From: Eledone cirrhosa
Lineage: Eukaryota
Reading direction: 5' to 3'
Assembly (NCBI GenBank): GCA_964016885.1
Contig: OZ024743.1
Coordinates: 302,498,001-302,562,000, forward strand
DNA length: 64,000 nt
Shown here: in pieces, positions 62,170 through 64,000 of the stretch
How the letters are laid out: every line of letters starts with the position of its first letter
How positions within the stretch are numbered: position 1 is the stretch's first letter
The notes under the pieces: generated by a model
Told to the model about the DNA's origin: nothing
What the model saw: the letters and a program-made list of their open reading frames with translations, nothing else
The model's database searches: none
Position numbers and translations under genes: made by a program

Positions 62170-63883
62170 AATTTTAATCCCTCGGTGATGAAGCTTTTTT
62201 TCTATTCTGCCTGGTAGCTCATTGGGATATTTCTCTAGTCCGTATTGGTGTGGGATCGTGTGTAGAGATTCACTACATCGAAAGACACAATAATAATGTC
62301 GTTGTTGACTTGTTTGGGCAGGTGGTTTAAGACGTCCAGATCGTCTCTTACAAGGCTTGGTATGTGTTTGAGAATTGGTTTTAGTAGTATGTCTATAGAG
62401 TTGCTCAGTCTGTGTGTTTCACATAGTGGGCCCGTTACAATTGGTCTTAATTTAAGGTGTGTGGGGTAGTGTGTGTTCACGCAGACTGAGGTGGATTGTT
62501 TACAGGCATCGTTAATTATTCTTCACTTGTGGATTTTCGGAAGTCCGTAAAGGTTGCTGGTTCTGTATTCAAAATGTGTTAAATAATCGCGTTCCTGTTT
62601 AGTTAAGTCTTCCTGGTATCGACAAATCAGTGTGTTTAATCTGGTCAGTGTTTTTGATAGCTGGTAGTTTTTTACTATTTCATAGTAATTAGTATTTTGT
62701 AAGACAGAGAGAGCATAGAATTTTTTTATATTTTTCAGCTTCCATAATGACAACAGTACTTCCCTTGTCCGCTTCCTTAATTATAATGTCCGTATTGTTT
62801 TTTAGTTCATGGATAATCTCCCATTCCTTTCGACTCGTGTTGGGTTTGGGTTTAGGTTGCGGTAGTTCTTGGTATGGTAAAGTAGCTATGCGGTCACAAA
62901 ATTCGTCCAGAACTCTGTTTCCACCTTTTGTTGGGTTGTAGCTGTCGTTATTCTCCTTGTCAAAGAATTCCTTTGTGAGACGTAATTGTCTACAGAAGTG
63001 TGAGATATCGTCATTTATTTCATTGAGGTTAGCGTATTGTGGTGTTGGTGTGAATTTCAGTCCTTAGGAGATAAATTGTACTTGTTGGGCTGAGATGTTT
63101 GTATTTGAAAGGTTGATTATTTTCGGTTTTTCAAAATCGGTTTTTTGCCACTGTGTGTCGTGGGTCCTGTAGCCTTGGTCTAAAAAATGATTTCTCTGGA
63201 ATGTGTTTTCAATGGTATTATTATATCTAATTTCCCCTGTTGTTGTGCGGTCTTGTATAGAAGTTTCGGACGTATTGAGGTTCGGTTTGTTGATAGTCCG
63301 GGTTGTAGATTTTGTTCCTTTGTGTGGGTTGGGATCTACGGTTTTGGAACAGGCTCTGTGTTGGCAGGGGTCTACGGTTTTGGAATAGGTTTTGTGTGGG
63401 TTCTGATCTGCGGATAGGGTCCTGTCTTGTGTAGGGGGATCTTCGGTTTTTGTTAGTAGGGTTATATTTTTGTCTATGGGTTCTGGGATTATCGTTATAG
63501 TTTTGCTGTGGGTATGTTGGACGTTTTGTTACTTTTTTTGTTATTTGTTGTGCATGTTTTATTACTTTTTTGTTATTTGTAGTGTACGTGGTGTGTGAGT
63601 TTTAGTTTGTTTTAAAAATGGCTTACCTGTATGTTGTTCATTTTTGAAGTCCATTTCGTAGTTGTTGAACCAGGAGGCGTTTTTTTCACATCGCTGTAGG
63701 GGTGTTTGTTCTTCATCCTCAGAGTTTTCTTTCCAAAGTGTTAAGGTTTCTTCGTAGAGTAGGCCTTCAGAGTGCCTTGAGATTTCTGTGTCCATCTGTT
63801 GGTCGAGTGACTTGAATTTTTCTACGTTGGAGTTGGCTCTTAAGCGCAACAGTTCTATTTCTATTTTAAATTCTTCTAACACC
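62170..63883 (-). pseudogene. Broken N-terminal half of a PLE reverse transcriptase with a long upstream region
   Basis: IIIKEADKGSTVVIM, LYGLPKIHK, LRPIVTGP...LSNSIDILLKP and IVSFDVVNLYT across several frameshifts. Truncated just after RT motif A. A 33-bp degenerate tandem repeat lies at about 63330-63450. Confidence 0.88.
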
Positions 63884-63908
63884 TTTTTTTAAGTAAAAAT
63901 ATATTCAA

Positions 63909-63920
63909 ACACACACACAC

Positions 63921-64000
<80 letters not shown>
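63909..64000. repeat. (CA)n microsatellite running off the window end
   Basis: Direct inspection. Confidence 0.98.

Overview
A 64-kb, very AT-rich, microsatellite-saturated eukaryotic (animal) non-coding region. No host protein-coding exon, rRNA, tRNA gene or CRISPR array can be supported, and almost all listed ORFs are translations of (TA)n/(CA)n/(GA)n tracts. The repeat complement (tRNA-headed SINEs with Nin-like and CORE-like bodies, extreme TA/CA tracts) resembles a mollusc/cephalopod genome, which is an inference. The only recognisable proteins are broken Penelope-like element (PLE) RT/GIY-YIG ORFs at 7200-9140, 35530-35950, 47057-47600, 49100-49735, 55010-55230 and 62235-63880. The main discovery is that the window holds roughly two dozen type I hammerhead ribozyme (HHR) motifs, intact or decayed, from about 12 unrelated sequence families. 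Several sit in ORF-less tandem units of about 500 bp and 595 bp (retrozyme-like), nearly all are embedded in (TA)n tracts, and many form fold-back palindromes whose turning points fall at the ribozyme. One turning point (4616/4617) is exactly at the predicted self-cleavage site. Two families carry non-canonical catalytic cores: a compensatory U3-A8 core and a family-wide U4A core. All structures were read by eye and need folding, covariance-model and in vitro confirmation.
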